Virus record (IMG/VR): IMGVR_UViG_3300043313_000272
Source of the DNA: an uncultured virus (IMG/VR IMGVR_UViG_3300043313_000272)
Lineage: Duplodnaviria; Heunggongvirae; Uroviricota; Caudoviricetes
Direction: 5' to 3' (one strand)
DNA length: 64,000 nucleotides
Shown: piece after piece, positions 38,150 through 47,616 of the stretch
Numbering within the stretch: position 1 is the stretch's first letter
Layout of the letters: each line of letters begins with the position of its first letter
The notes under the pieces: model-generated
Databases searched by the model: none
Told to the model about the DNA's origin: nothing
Seen by the model: only the letters and a program-made list of their open reading frames with translations
Translations under genes and position numbers: made by a program

Positions 38150-39055
38150 TTACGGCAGGACTGAGATGAGCCTGCCCACGCGCTTTTTGACATCCGAGTG
38201 GATGGCGCCCAGCTCATTGACCGGGGACTTGAGGGCGGTGCCGGTGTAGTTGACCTTCAGCCCGTCCTTGTAGCTCGGGCCGTCGAACCCGATGGGGCCG
38301 AACTGCACCGAGTAGAGGCCGATCACGAGGCGGCGGGTCACCTTCAGGTAGTCCTTGGCCGGGCAGACCAGCATGAGAGGCCGGGTCGGCTGGTTCATGC
38401 TGTCCTCGTGCCACAGGTCGATCGACGCCTGCGTATCGACCGCGGTACCTGCGGTGGTCTGGGTGAAGACGCCGCCGGTCGCACCGGTCAGGCCGGTCTT
38501 GTCGATCTGGATCATCGGCTGCGGCAGGTTCGCGAGAGTGCCGGCGAAGGTGAAGACGAGGGCGGTCGTGTTGGCCGGACCACCAGAGACAGTCACGTTG
38601 CCGGAGCCGACCGTCGACAGCGCCTGGATGGCCGACTGGACGGCGGAGTTGATGGCACCGAAGGCGATCGGCGCGGTCGTCTGGCCCTTGAACGTGAGAG
38701 TGAAGGTGCCGGCGGAAGCGCCCGAGCTGGAAAGGCTCTGCACCTCGGACGCGCCGGCGATGGCGGCCTGGGTGAGGGTGGACCCGGTGAGCTTTGACAG
38801 CAGTGGGAAGGACAGGAACCCGGCCTGCACGGATACCTCGGCGAAGTTCAGCCAGTACCAGCGGCTCAGGGTGTCGTCGTCGCCGTTGTTGTCGTAGTTG
38901 CCGACGTCGGCGTTCAGGTTGCCCTCGTTGACACCGTAGATGTCGAGCGAGTTGGCAACGTCAAGCTCTGCGAGCGCATCCACGAAGGACAGGGTCCCGT
39001 CGAGAATCTGTGCGTGAGAGATGGAAAAGGCTTCCAGGACGGGTGCGGCAGGCAT
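38150..39055 (-). CDS. Major tail (tube) protein with inserted domain
   Basis: Synteny; insert SEVQSLSSSGASAGTFTLTFKGQTTAPIAF. Confidence 0.75.
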   Translation of the reverse strand: MPAAPVLEAFSISHAQILDGTLSFVDALAELDVANSLDIYGVNEGNLNADVGNYDNNGDDDTLSRWYWLNFAEVSVQAGFLSFPLLSKLTGSTLTQAAIAGASEVQSLSSSGASAGTFTLTFKGQTTAPIAFGAINSAVQSAIQALSTVGSGNVTVSGGPANTTALVFTFAGTLANLPQPMIQIDKTGLTGATGGVFTQTTAGTAVDTQASIDLWHEDSMNQPTRPLMLVCPAKDYLKVTRRLVIGLYSVQFGPIGFDGPSYKDGLKVNYTGTALKSPVNELGAIHSDVKKRVGRLISVLP

Positions 39056-39109
39056 CCTTGCTCCTTCAGGTGGACCGCGCGGCGGTCGGCTGATGTCGAA
39101 GTCAGCCTT

Positions 39110-39352
39110 TCAGCGATGCTGCGCGGAACCCGGGACCGTGACGTGTCGCTGTGATACAGGGTCGAGCGAGATCACCTGGGTGTCCACCAGCTCGCCCTCG
39201 AAGGTGTAGCGGTGCAGCACGAGGATCACGTACCGGTTCTTCCGCCGCTCCTCGATCCGGCAGTCCTTGCACCCGATCTCGATCTGCCCGTCGACGATCT
39301 TGAACAGCAGCTTCCCCTGGTTGCGGGGGCAGTGGACGTCCCGCCAACCCAT
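39110..39352 (-). CDS. Small Zn-ribbon protein, Mu Com-like
   Basis: MGWRDVHCPRNQGKLLFKIVDGQIEIGCKDCR; second Cys of the first pair is missing. Confidence 0.5.
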   Translation of the reverse strand: MGWRDVHCPRNQGKLLFKIVDGQIEIGCKDCRIEERRKNRYVILVLHRYTFEGELVDTQVISLDPVSQRHVTVPGSAQHR

Positions 39353-39846
39353 CAGGCGACCTGTAGGGCGAACTCGGTGCGCACCGTCTTCGTGTCGCCG
39401 ATCTGGGCTTCGTTGAGGACCGTCGAGCCGTGCATATCGCCGACACCGATCAGCCTGGGCTCCCGCCACATAGCGGAGGAGATCACGTACAGGCCGGGAT
39501 TGGACCCCACCGCCCCGATCCACTGACCCCGCAGACTCGGGTAGGTGAATAGCGGGATCACAACCCCGGTGGCCGCGTACGCCTTATCGGTGGCGTCGAC
39601 TGTGGTGATCTCCCCCAGGTCGTCCCGAGAGCTGTCAGTCGTGACGTCCACAGCCAGGATCGGAAAGCGAGACGAGTTGACAGGGTTGGATCCGGCCCAG
39701 GAGGAAACCCGGTTGAGGACGATCGCTGCTCCGCCGGATCCATTGATCAGCTCCTCCAGCTTGAACTTGAACACCTTCGTGCCAACGTAGGCCGCGACCG
39801 CAGATTGGGCGAGCAGGTAACGCCTTGCAGCAGTTTCTACCTCCAC
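39352..39846 (-). CDS. Tail terminator / tail completion protein
   Basis: Synteny; AARRYLLAQSAVAAYVGTKVF N-terminus. Confidence 0.7.
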   Translation of the reverse strand: MEVETAARRYLLAQSAVAAYVGTKVFKFKLEELINGSGGAAIVLNRVSSWAGSNPVNSSRFPILAVDVTTDSSRDDLGEITTVDATDKAYAATGVVIPLFTYPSLRGQWIGAVGSNPGLYVISSAMWREPRLIGVGDMHGSTVLNEAQIGDTKTVRTEFALQVA

Positions 39847-40214
39847 GACGCCACCGTCCTCAACCACGACTCGCCGAACACCGCTTCGAACACCGACTGC
39901 GACGATTCCCAGGCGAGGGCGAAGAAGTCGTGCTCGCCGCCCCGGTCCAGCTCCTGTTGCGCATAGTCGACCGTGTCGGACCCGTACTCGACGATCGCGA
40001 CCAGGCTGCCATGCTCCAGCTCGACGCGCTCCTGGCCGGACCGCTTCAGGTCGCCCGACACGACGTGGACGAACCGCTGCGTCTCACCGAAGAAGTGCTC
40101 GTTCGCCAGATTCCACTCGAAGGATCGGCGGGCGAATCCGCGGGCCAACGACTTGGCGCCACGCTCCCACGCTTGGAAGCGGGTCGGCACAATCACCTTC
40201 AGCGTGTCAGCCAT
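39837..40214 (-). CDS. Neck protein (HK97 gp10-like)
   Basis: VHVVSGDLKRSG...VEYG..VDYA..E...FFALA. Confidence 0.7.
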   Translation of the reverse strand: MADTLKVIVPTRFQAWERGAKSLARGFARRSFEWNLANEHFFGETQRFVHVVSGDLKRSGQERVELEHGSLVAIVEYGSDTVDYAQQELDRGGEHDFFALAWESSQSVFEAVFGESWLRTVASWR

Positions 40215-43200
40215 CGAGCCTCTCCACCTCCAATCGTGTCGACTCGGGATGATCGACGACCTTCTTGACCTTCCACACCTCGCCGCCAGGCTGCTCGATC
40301 GCGACAACCGACTCCGTCATCGCGACGTCGCCCGGGTTGTTGATCAAGATCGTGCCGCGGGTGTAGGTGATGCCGGCGACGTCGTCGAACTCCTGCCGCT
40401 GCTCCCAGCTGAGCGCGATCTCCGTCAGCAGGTCGTTCCACTCGAACGTCGGGTTGCCGTCGACGTCGTACCCCGTCTTGGTGCGCGCCCGGATCGTGAA
40501 CGTAACCAGCAGCTGGTCTGTCGTCACGGCGTTCTCCTCGGATGCGTCACTCAGCAGTATCCCGGGCCCATCGCCATCAAGCCTGGCGGTGAAGCCCTCC
40601 ACGTAGGACGGGTCGCCCTTGAGGTGCACGAGCGGCGCCTCCCCGAGGACCGCCGTGACATCGGCTGCGAACTCGGGGTCGGTGCGCAGCCAGACAGTCC
40701 GGTCACCGCCCAGCCTGATCTTGGCCCGCACCGATGTGGGGAAAACGTACGGCGGCGGAGGCGGTGGCGGAGGTGGGACGATGACCGTTCCGTCGAGCAC
40801 CCGGGCGTCGGTGATGCCCAGCAGGTCGGCGATCTCGACGAACAGGTCCTGCGCCTTATCGGCCAGATCCGATATTCCGACCTGGTCGGCGATCGAGCGG
40901 ACAAGATCAGCGACCTTGCTGACCGAGTCGGTGATTCCCACGGGGTCGGCGATGAACTTGCCGCGGTTGAGCGCCGTCGCGTCGGTCAAACCAACGGAAT
41001 CGGCGACAGTGCGTGAGATCGACATGGTCCAAGTCACGGAGTCCGTTATCCCGACCGGGTCGTTCTGTAGCTTGCTACGTTCTAGCACCACCTGATCGGT
41101 GATTCCGACCGGATCGGACTGGGCGACGTCCTTCGAGAGGGTGGCCGTCACCTGGTCTGTGATGCCGACCGGGTCGTTCGGGAAGCGGTTCAGGTCGCCG
41201 GCGAAGTCCGCGGAGGACTGATCGGTGATGCCGATGCTGTCCGAGACCGTCCGCTCCCGGTCCATCGTCCAGGTGACCTGGTCGGTGATTCCTACGGGGT
41301 CGGCGGGGGCCGTGCTGCGGGCGAGTGTGACCTGGTCCGTGATTCCCACGGAATCGTTTCGATTCCGATCCAGCGCCTGCTGAGCTGCCGCCGCGTCCGT
41401 TATTCCGACTTGATCTGAGGGGTTGCGGCCCTGCTCGATCGCTGTCGCATCGGTGATCCCGACCGGATCGGTCTGCGTCACGTCCTTGGACAGGACAGCC
41501 GTCACCGCATCCGTGATCCCGACCGGGTCAGCAAGCGACCGCACATTTGCTTGCTGTGCTGTCGCCTGGTCCGTGATTCCGACCGGATCAGCAAGCGATC
41601 GAGCAAGTGCTTGCTCCGCGCTTGCTTGGTCCGTGATGCCGACCGGGTCGCTCTGCGAGACGTCTTTGCTGAGCACCGCCGTGACCGAGTCGGTGATGCC
41701 AACCGGGTCTGGACGGATTCTGTCCAGCGCCTGGACAGCAACCGTCTGATCGGTGATGCCGACCGGGTCGGCTACAGCTCTTACAAGATCTTGTACCGCA
41801 GCCGCCTGGTCGGTGATCCCCACCGGGTCCGCCTGCGACACATCCTTGCTGAGGGTGGCGGTGACCTGATCGGTGATGCCGACCGGGTCAGCCTGCGACC
41901 GCTGCATGGCCTGGACGGCTGCCGCGGAGTCGGTGATGCCCACCGTGTCGGCCTGGGAGCGGACGTTGTCCTGGACGGCGGTCGCCTGGTCAGTGACGCC
42001 GACCGGATCAGCTGGGGTCTTGTCGTAGTCGGTCGATCCGCCTGCCGGCGCGATGGACAGCAGCACCGCGGTCGAGCCGCCGCCAGAGTTGTCGACGGTG
42101 TAGGTGAGGGTTCCGGTGGCGCCGCCGGACGGGTTCCTCTTGATCGCATCGCCGAGGTCGTCGCCGTCGTACTCCTCGCTGAACCCTGACGGCTGAGTGA
42201 AGGTGGACGGGGTGTTGAAACTCGTCATTGCCGCGTACAGCAGCGAGTTGGCCGAGCTGGCGCCCAGTGAGACGTTGATCGACAGCCCGGAGGTGGTGCC
42301 GGAGGTGTACTGCTCGATCGGGTCGCCGGTCGGCGTGGCGCCTCGGATGATCCGCAGCGTTGCCTCGCGGAACACTGAGCCGGTCCAGGTGAAGTTGATG
42401 GTGCCCGATTCGCCGGCGGTCAGCCGCTTCCAGAAGGTGTGCTGCGCCACTGGCCCGCCGGCGGTCGGCCCGGGCGTCTTCTCGGCGAACCCGGAGGCCG
42501 GGGTGACCGCGTTGGTGGTCTCCTTGTACAGCGTGACCAGGGCGATGTCATCCGCCTCGATGCCCTTCGGAAGCGTGAACTGGGCGTTGGCTGCGGATGC
42601 GCCAGCGATGCTGTTCCGGAGGATGACGTTGGGGCCAGGCCCCAGGTAGGCGATCGCCTGATCCGTGATGCCAACCGGGTCGGCGGTGGTCTCTCCGCGG
42701 TCGAGGACGACGGCATCTGTGAGCCCCACCGGGTCGGCGGGGGAGCCGGTGTAGTTGGTGCCCGCCGGAGCTGGCCGAACCGCCACCATGTGAATGACGT
42801 TCCGAGCGTTGCTGATGTCCACCGCGGCGAAGGTCTGAGAACTGGCTTGAGTGGCTTGGTTGGTTTGACGGAAGGCGACCGCGCCATCGACCTGACCGAC
42901 GACGCTGTTATCGGGCGTGGCGGTACCGACCAAGCTCCCGAAGTTGGTCGGCGCAGTCGCGCCCATGCCGGTCCAGGAGCCAGTGATCGCATCCTCGCCA
43001 CAGCCGCCGACCGCGATCCACAGCGTGTCATCCGCGCCCCACGACGGGGTCAGGGCGTTGGACAGCGCAGCGGCAGTAGTGCCGAAGTTGCGGGTATTCC
43101 CCACGGGAGCTGTCGAGGCGTGCGCGCCCGGAATCGACAGCAGAATCCAGACGGCGTGGCCGGTGACCGTGGCGGCCAGCGTGACCGAGATCGTCCCGGT

Positions 43201-43473
43201 CTCTGAGCCGGTGCTCCACTTGTGGGCCATACCGGTCGCCATGGTGGCGGTCGTAGACCCGTCATAGAACTCGGTAAAGCCGTTCGTCCAGCCGGAGAAA
43301 ATCGCATTGGCCGTCCCAGTCGACTGGTAGACGAGACAGATCGCGATCAGCAGATCGCCGGCGTTCTTCGTCAACCCCGAGAGGTTGGGCGAGGTACGCG
43401 TCGTCGAAACGGTCGCGTCGATGCTCGTGAGAACTCGACCGGCGCCTACGGTCGGGATCGTTGGGAACGTCAT
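40207..43473 (-). CDS. Large virion protein: two beta-domains, ~20 DPVGITD repeats, poly-Pro linker, C-terminal head-closure-like domain
   Basis: 1088 aa; C-terminus IRARTKTGYDVDGNP...GEVWKVKKV resembles stopper proteins and sits in the stopper position. Confidence 0.65.
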   Translation of the reverse strand: MTFPTIPTVGAGRVLTSIDATVSTTRTSPNLSGLTKNAGDLLIAICLVYQSTGTANAIFSGWTNGFTEFYDGSTTATMATGMAHKWSTGSETGTISVTLAATVTGHAVWILLSIPGAHASTAPVGNTRNFGTTAAALSNALTPSWGADDTLWIAVGGCGEDAITGSWTGMGATAPTNFGSLVGTATPDNSVVGQVDGAVAFRQTNQATQASSQTFAAVDISNARNVIHMVAVRPAPAGTNYTGSPADPVGLTDAVVLDRGETTADPVGITDQAIAYLGPGPNVILRNSIAGASAANAQFTLPKGIEADDIALVTLYKETTNAVTPASGFAEKTPGPTAGGPVAQHTFWKRLTAGESGTINFTWTGSVFREATLRIIRGATPTGDPIEQYTSGTTSGLSINVSLGASSANSLLYAAMTSFNTPSTFTQPSGFSEEYDGDDLGDAIKRNPSGGATGTLTYTVDNSGGGSTAVLLSIAPAGGSTDYDKTPADPVGVTDQATAVQDNVRSQADTVGITDSAAAVQAMQRSQADPVGITDQVTATLSKDVSQADPVGITDQAAAVQDLVRAVADPVGITDQTVAVQALDRIRPDPVGITDSVTAVLSKDVSQSDPVGITDQASAEQALARSLADPVGITDQATAQQANVRSLADPVGITDAVTAVLSKDVTQTDPVGITDATAIEQGRNPSDQVGITDAAAAQQALDRNRNDSVGITDQVTLARSTAPADPVGITDQVTWTMDRERTVSDSIGITDQSSADFAGDLNRFPNDPVGITDQVTATLSKDVAQSDPVGITDQVVLERSKLQNDPVGITDSVTWTMSISRTVADSVGLTDATALNRGKFIADPVGITDSVSKVADLVRSIADQVGISDLADKAQDLFVEIADLLGITDARVLDGTVIVPPPPPPPPPYVFPTSVRAKIRLGGDRTVWLRTDPEFAADVTAVLGEAPLVHLKGDPSYVEGFTARLDGDGPGILLSDASEENAVTTDQLLVTFTIRARTKTGYDVDGNPTFEWNDLLTEIALSWEQRQEFDDVAGITYTRGTILINNPGDVAMTESVVAIEQPGGEVWKVKKVVDHPESTRLEVERLDG
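40800..42020 (-). repeat. Coding tandem repeats (48-60 bp period) encoding (A/S)DPVGITD(Q/A/S)
   Basis: Recurring plus-strand CGGTGATGCCGACCGGGTC-like unit, all in frame. Confidence 0.9.
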
Positions 43474-43493
43474 GGGCCTTCAGCCCCTATGGG

Positions 43494-44282
43494 CTATGCC
43501 CCAAGCAGAGTATGAGTCCAGGTGACGGTCAGCGTGTCGGTGGCGCCCTTCGACCCTATGCCGGTCAGCAGAGCCCGGCAGATCGTGTCGGCGACCGCGC
43601 TAGTGGCATCTGCGAGGAAGTCGAGGAACAGGACCACCTCCGTGATCGGGGAGCCTGTCGTTGCCTCACCCGCCGCGTAGGTGCGCTTGTAGGTGACCAC
43701 CGTGCCGGCGCCAGCGTTGGAGACGTGCGACGGGAAGGTCGCATCAAACGCCTTGTTGCTGCCCGAGAGATAGGTGACCAGACCCGCCCCTGCGCCGCTC
43801 TTGGCGACCGCTGTCGAGCCCGTGCCCAGCTTCATGCCCTTCGCCACCGGGTACAGGTTGCCGGTGCTCGTGCCGAACGCTGAGCCCGCGCCAAGGGCCG
43901 TTCCGACGTAGATACCGAAGGTGGTGGCGGACGGGGTGGAGACGACCGCCCAGGTGCCGTTGTAGCCGGCTGGGGTGACGCCAGCGATCGTGACCGAGTC
44001 GCCTATCCCGTAGCCGTGCGCAGCTGAGGTGGTGACCACCGCCGTGGTGGCGTTCGAGATCGCGGTGATCGTCTTCGCGGAGCCCTGCGCGTTGATCGCG
44101 CGGGAGCCGTAGTACCGGTCGCCCACATCGGTGACCAGGTTCTTCACCCGGCATTCGCCCTTGATCAGCCCCGACTGGTCGGTCAGGACGGCGTGAACCT
44201 CACCCCAGATTCCGACCGGATTGTCAAGCCCCTTGCCGCGATCGAGCTGGATCTCGTCCAAGATCCCCATGGGTGAATCCAC
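43494..44282 (-). CDS. Virion structural protein with inserted beta-barrel domain
   Basis: NLVTDVG...MKLGTG...ITEVVLF...DTLTVTWT frame with TITAISNATTAVVTTSAAHGY..GDSVTI insert. Confidence 0.65.
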   Translation of the reverse strand: MDSPMGILDEIQLDRGKGLDNPVGIWGEVHAVLTDQSGLIKGECRVKNLVTDVGDRYYGSRAINAQGSAKTITAISNATTAVVTTSAAHGYGIGDSVTIAGVTPAGYNGTWAVVSTPSATTFGIYVGTALGAGSAFGTSTGNLYPVAKGMKLGTGSTAVAKSGAGAGLVTYLSGSNKAFDATFPSHVSNAGAGTVVTYKRTYAAGEATTGSPITEVVLFLDFLADATSAVADTICRALLTGIGSKGATDTLTVTWTHTLLGA

Positions 44283-44369
44283 TTCCGCCTCCTCAGGTCA
44301 TGGTCAGGTTATTGACCGGCGGGATGTTTCACGTGGAACGGCGCGGCTAGCTGTCCTACAGACGGCAGA

Positions 44370-44404
44370 AGGGCCGGAGCCACGTTATGAGTGGTTCCGG
44401 CCCT
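44370..44404 (-). terminator. Terminator-like hairpin after major capsid gene
   Basis: AGGGCCGGA.CCAC/GTGG.TCCGGCCCT stem followed by TCT. Confidence 0.6.
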
Positions 44405-44439
44405 CTCCCCCGAGCAGGGTGGCCAGCAGGGGGTCCAGC

Positions 44440-45546
44440 TCACCAAAGGGTCATCTGGCCGACGCGGTTCATCTCCGGGATAGTCGGAAATGCAGCCGCC
44501 GCTACCTTCTGCCACTCAGCGGGGGGTTCGTCCGTGGCGTAGGTGTTGGCCCAGATGCCCGGGGCCGACGCCGCCAGTGTGTATGGCAGCGAGCGAGACT
44601 CAGCGGTGGGACCCACCAGGAACTCGCCGGGGTTCTGATCCTGCAGCAGGAACGCCTTGTTGATCGCGAGAGGCCGGACAGCGGTGGTTGAGCCGTCCTT
44701 CTCCTCCCGGTACACCACGGCGTCGTACGGGATGATCTGCGGCAGCCGGTACTCGTCGAACACCGACCGCACCTCTTCGGGACGCAACCGGATCGTGGTC
44801 GTGCCAGCGGCGGTGCCGCGGACCAGGCCCTTGATCTCGGTCGAGTGGACGAAGTAGTTCGCCGCGGTCAGCGAGCAGTAGAACCTCGTGGGTCGGCTGC
44901 CCGTTGTGATCTCGATGTAGTCGCAGAACTTCGTGAGGTCGTTGACATAGGTCGCCGTGGTCGGGTTGTTCCACGGGCCACCGAGAGTCAGGACGGTATT
45001 CGCCCCTGCGCCGTCGCGGGTGGCGTTGTCGACCAGACCCGGCACGCTCCACTGGAAGATGCCGCGTACGCCGTAGTCGAAGGCGAACTTGACGCCGTCC
45101 TCGTCGTAGATCAGGTTCGTCTCGGACAGCGCCTGGATAGCCATCCACTCGGTGCGAGCCCGAACCGCTGCGATCAGGTCGAGGGTGTCATTGAACACCT
45201 GCTCGATCGCCAGGTCGACGTCGCGGGAGTTGGCCCGCGGCTGGCGGAACCGGACGATCTCCTTCTCCCCGATACGCGACTTCCGCTTGATCGGGGGCAG
45301 CTCGCCGATGACCTTCTCGCCAGCACCCTGGCGGGAAGCGATCGGTGCCTCCGAGTCCCACGACAGCACGGTGGCCATCGCCTGGCGCCGGTCGGCCCCC
45401 AGGATGTACTCGAACGCGATGTCCTCAACCGTCCTAAACGGCAAGACCTCTTGGCCGCGGAATGAGGGCGGATCGGCCTCGAAGGCTGCCCGGACGAACC
45501 CGAGGAACTGCGGCGCCTTGAACGCGTCCAGTTGCCACAAAGCCAT
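44440..45546 (-). CDS. Major capsid protein (lambda gpE-like family)
   Basis: MATVLSWDSEAPI, GELPPIKRK, RARTEWMAIQAL, AFDYG, TDEPPAEW...AFP; synteny. Confidence 0.9.
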   Translation of the reverse strand: MALWQLDAFKAPQFLGFVRAAFEADPPSFRGQEVLPFRTVEDIAFEYILGADRRQAMATVLSWDSEAPIASRQGAGEKVIGELPPIKRKSRIGEKEIVRFRQPRANSRDVDLAIEQVFNDTLDLIAAVRARTEWMAIQALSETNLIYDEDGVKFAFDYGVRGIFQWSVPGLVDNATRDGAGANTVLTLGGPWNNPTTATYVNDLTKFCDYIEITTGSRPTRFYCSLTAANYFVHSTEIKGLVRGTAAGTTTIRLRPEEVRSVFDEYRLPQIIPYDAVVYREEKDGSTTAVRPLAINKAFLLQDQNPGEFLVGPTAESRSLPYTLAASAPGIWANTYATDEPPAEWQKVAAAAFPTIPEMNRVGQMTLW

Positions 45547-45585
45547 CTCTCTGTCTCCTTAACTCGTGCTTGCTGGGGTCGCCGA

Positions 45586-46338
45586 CTACTGGACCGAGAT
45601 GCGCCCGGCGATCGCCGTCTTGATGTTTGTGAAGAGGGGGTACGGCTGAATCCGCTCCTTCTTCACCGAGCCATGGATGAGCAGACCTACCGCAACATCC
45701 GAGTCAGCCAGGTTGACCGACGCCATCGCAAATCCGGAGATCTCGTTGGCGTAGTCGTCGATCGTGTCGCCCGACAGTGCTGGGCGGTAGTAACCGAAGT
45801 TCGCGCCGGCGGGCTCAGGGACCAGGAAGGTGCCCTGAAGTACCTCGACCACGTTGGCCGCCTGGCCGCGGGTGGTCTCAGAGAAGCCGGTTGTGGTGCC
45901 GCCGGTCAACAGCGAGGTGTCGGTCTCGATCAGCGGCTGATTCGCACCAGCCACCAGTACGCCGTCGAAGGTGATCACGACGGGCGCCGAGTTGGCCGGG
46001 CCGCCGGACGCTGATACGCCGGTGGAGCCGATCGTGGACAGGGCTCGCAGCGCGTCACGGATCTGCGTGGACGTCGCACCGAAAGCGATAGCCGCCGTGG
46101 TTTGACCCCGGAAGCTCAGCTTGAATGAGCCGCCGGTCGCCGTGGACGTCGCCAGGGTCTGAACCTCGTTGACAGCGGTCGCGGATGCGGTCCCCTTCTT
46201 CAGGGTCACACCGCCGACCTTTACGCTGTAGTGCTGCGACGCGAGCCACGCGAGGTCGGGTCCGACTGTCGCCTTGAACCTCTTCAGGTTTGTCGGCCAG
46301 CCGCCGCCAACCATTCCCGGGTATACGGGCTGAGTCAC
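45586..46338 (-). CDS. Head decoration protein with inserted domain
   Basis: GGVTL...GT...GLLIHGSV; between scaffold and capsid; insert NEVQTL...GGSFKLSFRGQTTAAIAF. Confidence 0.7.
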   Translation of the reverse strand: MTQPVYPGMVGGGWPTNLKRFKATVGPDLAWLASQHYSVKVGGVTLKKGTASATAVNEVQTLATSTATGGSFKLSFRGQTTAAIAFGATSTQIRDALRALSTIGSTGVSASGGPANSAPVVITFDGVLVAGANQPLIETDTSLLTGGTTTGFSETTRGQAANVVEVLQGTFLVPEPAGANFGYYRPALSGDTIDDYANEISGFAMASVNLADSDVAVGLLIHGSVKKERIQPYPLFTNIKTAIAGRISVQ

Positions 46339-46347
46339 GTCATGCTC

Positions 46348-47190
46348 CTACTGGGTCTTGGACGGGACTCTGTTGCCCCGTTGTGCCGCCATCTGTCTGG
46401 CCAGCTCAGCCCCTGCGTCGTACTGCTCGCCTGGGGCCTTCTGGCCACCTGCACCCGGCCTGTTCGTCGGGCCTTGCTTGCCGATCTTGTCCTCGTTGAG
46501 GGCGCCTCGGTTCTTCAGCCTGGTCAGGAGTTCCTGCTGAGCTGAGCGGCGGATCTTCTTGACCTGATCCACCACGGCCTTCGCAGCTGTAGTGCCTGCG
46601 CGGTCCGGGTCGCCATCACTCCCGAGAGCCGCTGTTACGACCCCGCCTCCGATGGAGAGTGCGAACTCCCGCTCGTCGCGGGTCAATCCGCCTTCCCGAA
46701 TCTCATCGCGGTACACACCTCGTGCGTCCCGGACGTCCTGCGAGCTGGGTCCGGTCGGCTGCTGTTGCGAGCCTTGCCGGCTTGACCCTGGGCGCTGCTT
46801 CCGAGTGTTCAGACGCCGGTCGATCGCCGACTCGATCTTGTCGTCGATGCCCTTCGCCGCCTTCGTCCACCACGCGGGTGGCTCGTCGCCGTCGCCATCG
46901 CCGTCGCCATCTTCGTCGCCGTCGCCGTCGAGCAGGTCGTCTAGCTCGGCGTCATCGGTTCCCTCGTCGCCATCACCGTCGTCATCGGTTCCGTCTCCGC
47001 CGGCGATCTCGTAGACAAGGCGTCCACGAAATATGACCGGCCAGTCGTCGACAATCAGCGGCTTCGGCTGGCGCCCAAAAGGCTGGGGTCCACTGTGCAC
47101 TTGTAGCTCCTTAGGTTGAGTCCCTTGACGATTCACCCGCCTGACTCCAGCCCGATCGACGTTCTGGAGAGGAGATGCCCCGTAGTCCAA
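46348..47190 (-). CDS. Capsid scaffolding protein
   Basis: IAGG followed by D/G-rich tract then helical region; synteny; start uncertain. Confidence 0.7.
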   Translation of the reverse strand: MDYGASPLQNVDRAGVRRVNRQGTQPKELQVHSGPQPFGRQPKPLIVDDWPVIFRGRLVYEIAGGDGTDDDGDGDEGTDDAELDDLLDGDGDEDGDGDGDGDEPPAWWTKAAKGIDDKIESAIDRRLNTRKQRPGSSRQGSQQQPTGPSSQDVRDARGVYRDEIREGGLTRDEREFALSIGGGVVTAALGSDGDPDRAGTTAAKAVVDQVKKIRRSAQQELLTRLKNRGALNEDKIGKQGPTNRPGAGGQKAPGEQYDAGAELARQMAAQRGNRVPSKTQ

Positions 47191-47247
47191 TGGCTACATC
47201 ATGCCGGGAATGACACTCGTGTTGTGCCGAAGGCGCGCCGCGTCGTA

Positions 47248-47616
47248 TTACGGACGTCTACGCCTGCGAATCCGGCTCACGATGCGCCGCCAGTTCGACA
47301 CCTTCCGCCGGCGCTTGGGGGCGGTTGCCTTCGGTTTGGGCTTCGGCGGCATCTTCATCTTCCGCGGGTCCCGCTGGCTCAGTGGACGATTCTGCAGCTC
47401 GGCGTTGGCCTTGTCGCGCAGCGTGTTGACAGCACCGATCAGGTAGGGCGACACGAGTGCCCGGCAGTGCACGTGCGCCGGCGGCGCGTCGAACGGGCCG
47501 TTGAGGGTGTCGAACGGCTGGTCCGGCTTGCGGGTTTGCCCGGCGGCGTTCAGGCAGACGATGGTGGTCCGCTCGTCGATCTCCGACACCCACTGCTTCA
47601 TGATCAAGTTAGCCAT
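47248..47616 (-). CDS. MuF-like head morphogenesis protein, C-terminal part
   Basis: KQWVSEIDERTTIVC...GQ...F...PPAHVHCR signature. Confidence 0.8.
   Translation of the reverse strand: MANLIMKQWVSEIDERTTIVCLNAAGQTRKPDQPFDTLNGPFDAPPAHVHCRALVSPYLIGAVNTLRDKANAELQNRPLSQRDPRKMKMPPKPKPKATAPKRRRKVSNWRRIVSRIRRRRRP

Noticed and set aside
40800..42020. CRISPR-like periodic repeats
   Set aside because: Repeats are degenerate at third codon positions, in frame within a 1088-aa ORF, and the spacers resemble each other; no cas operon
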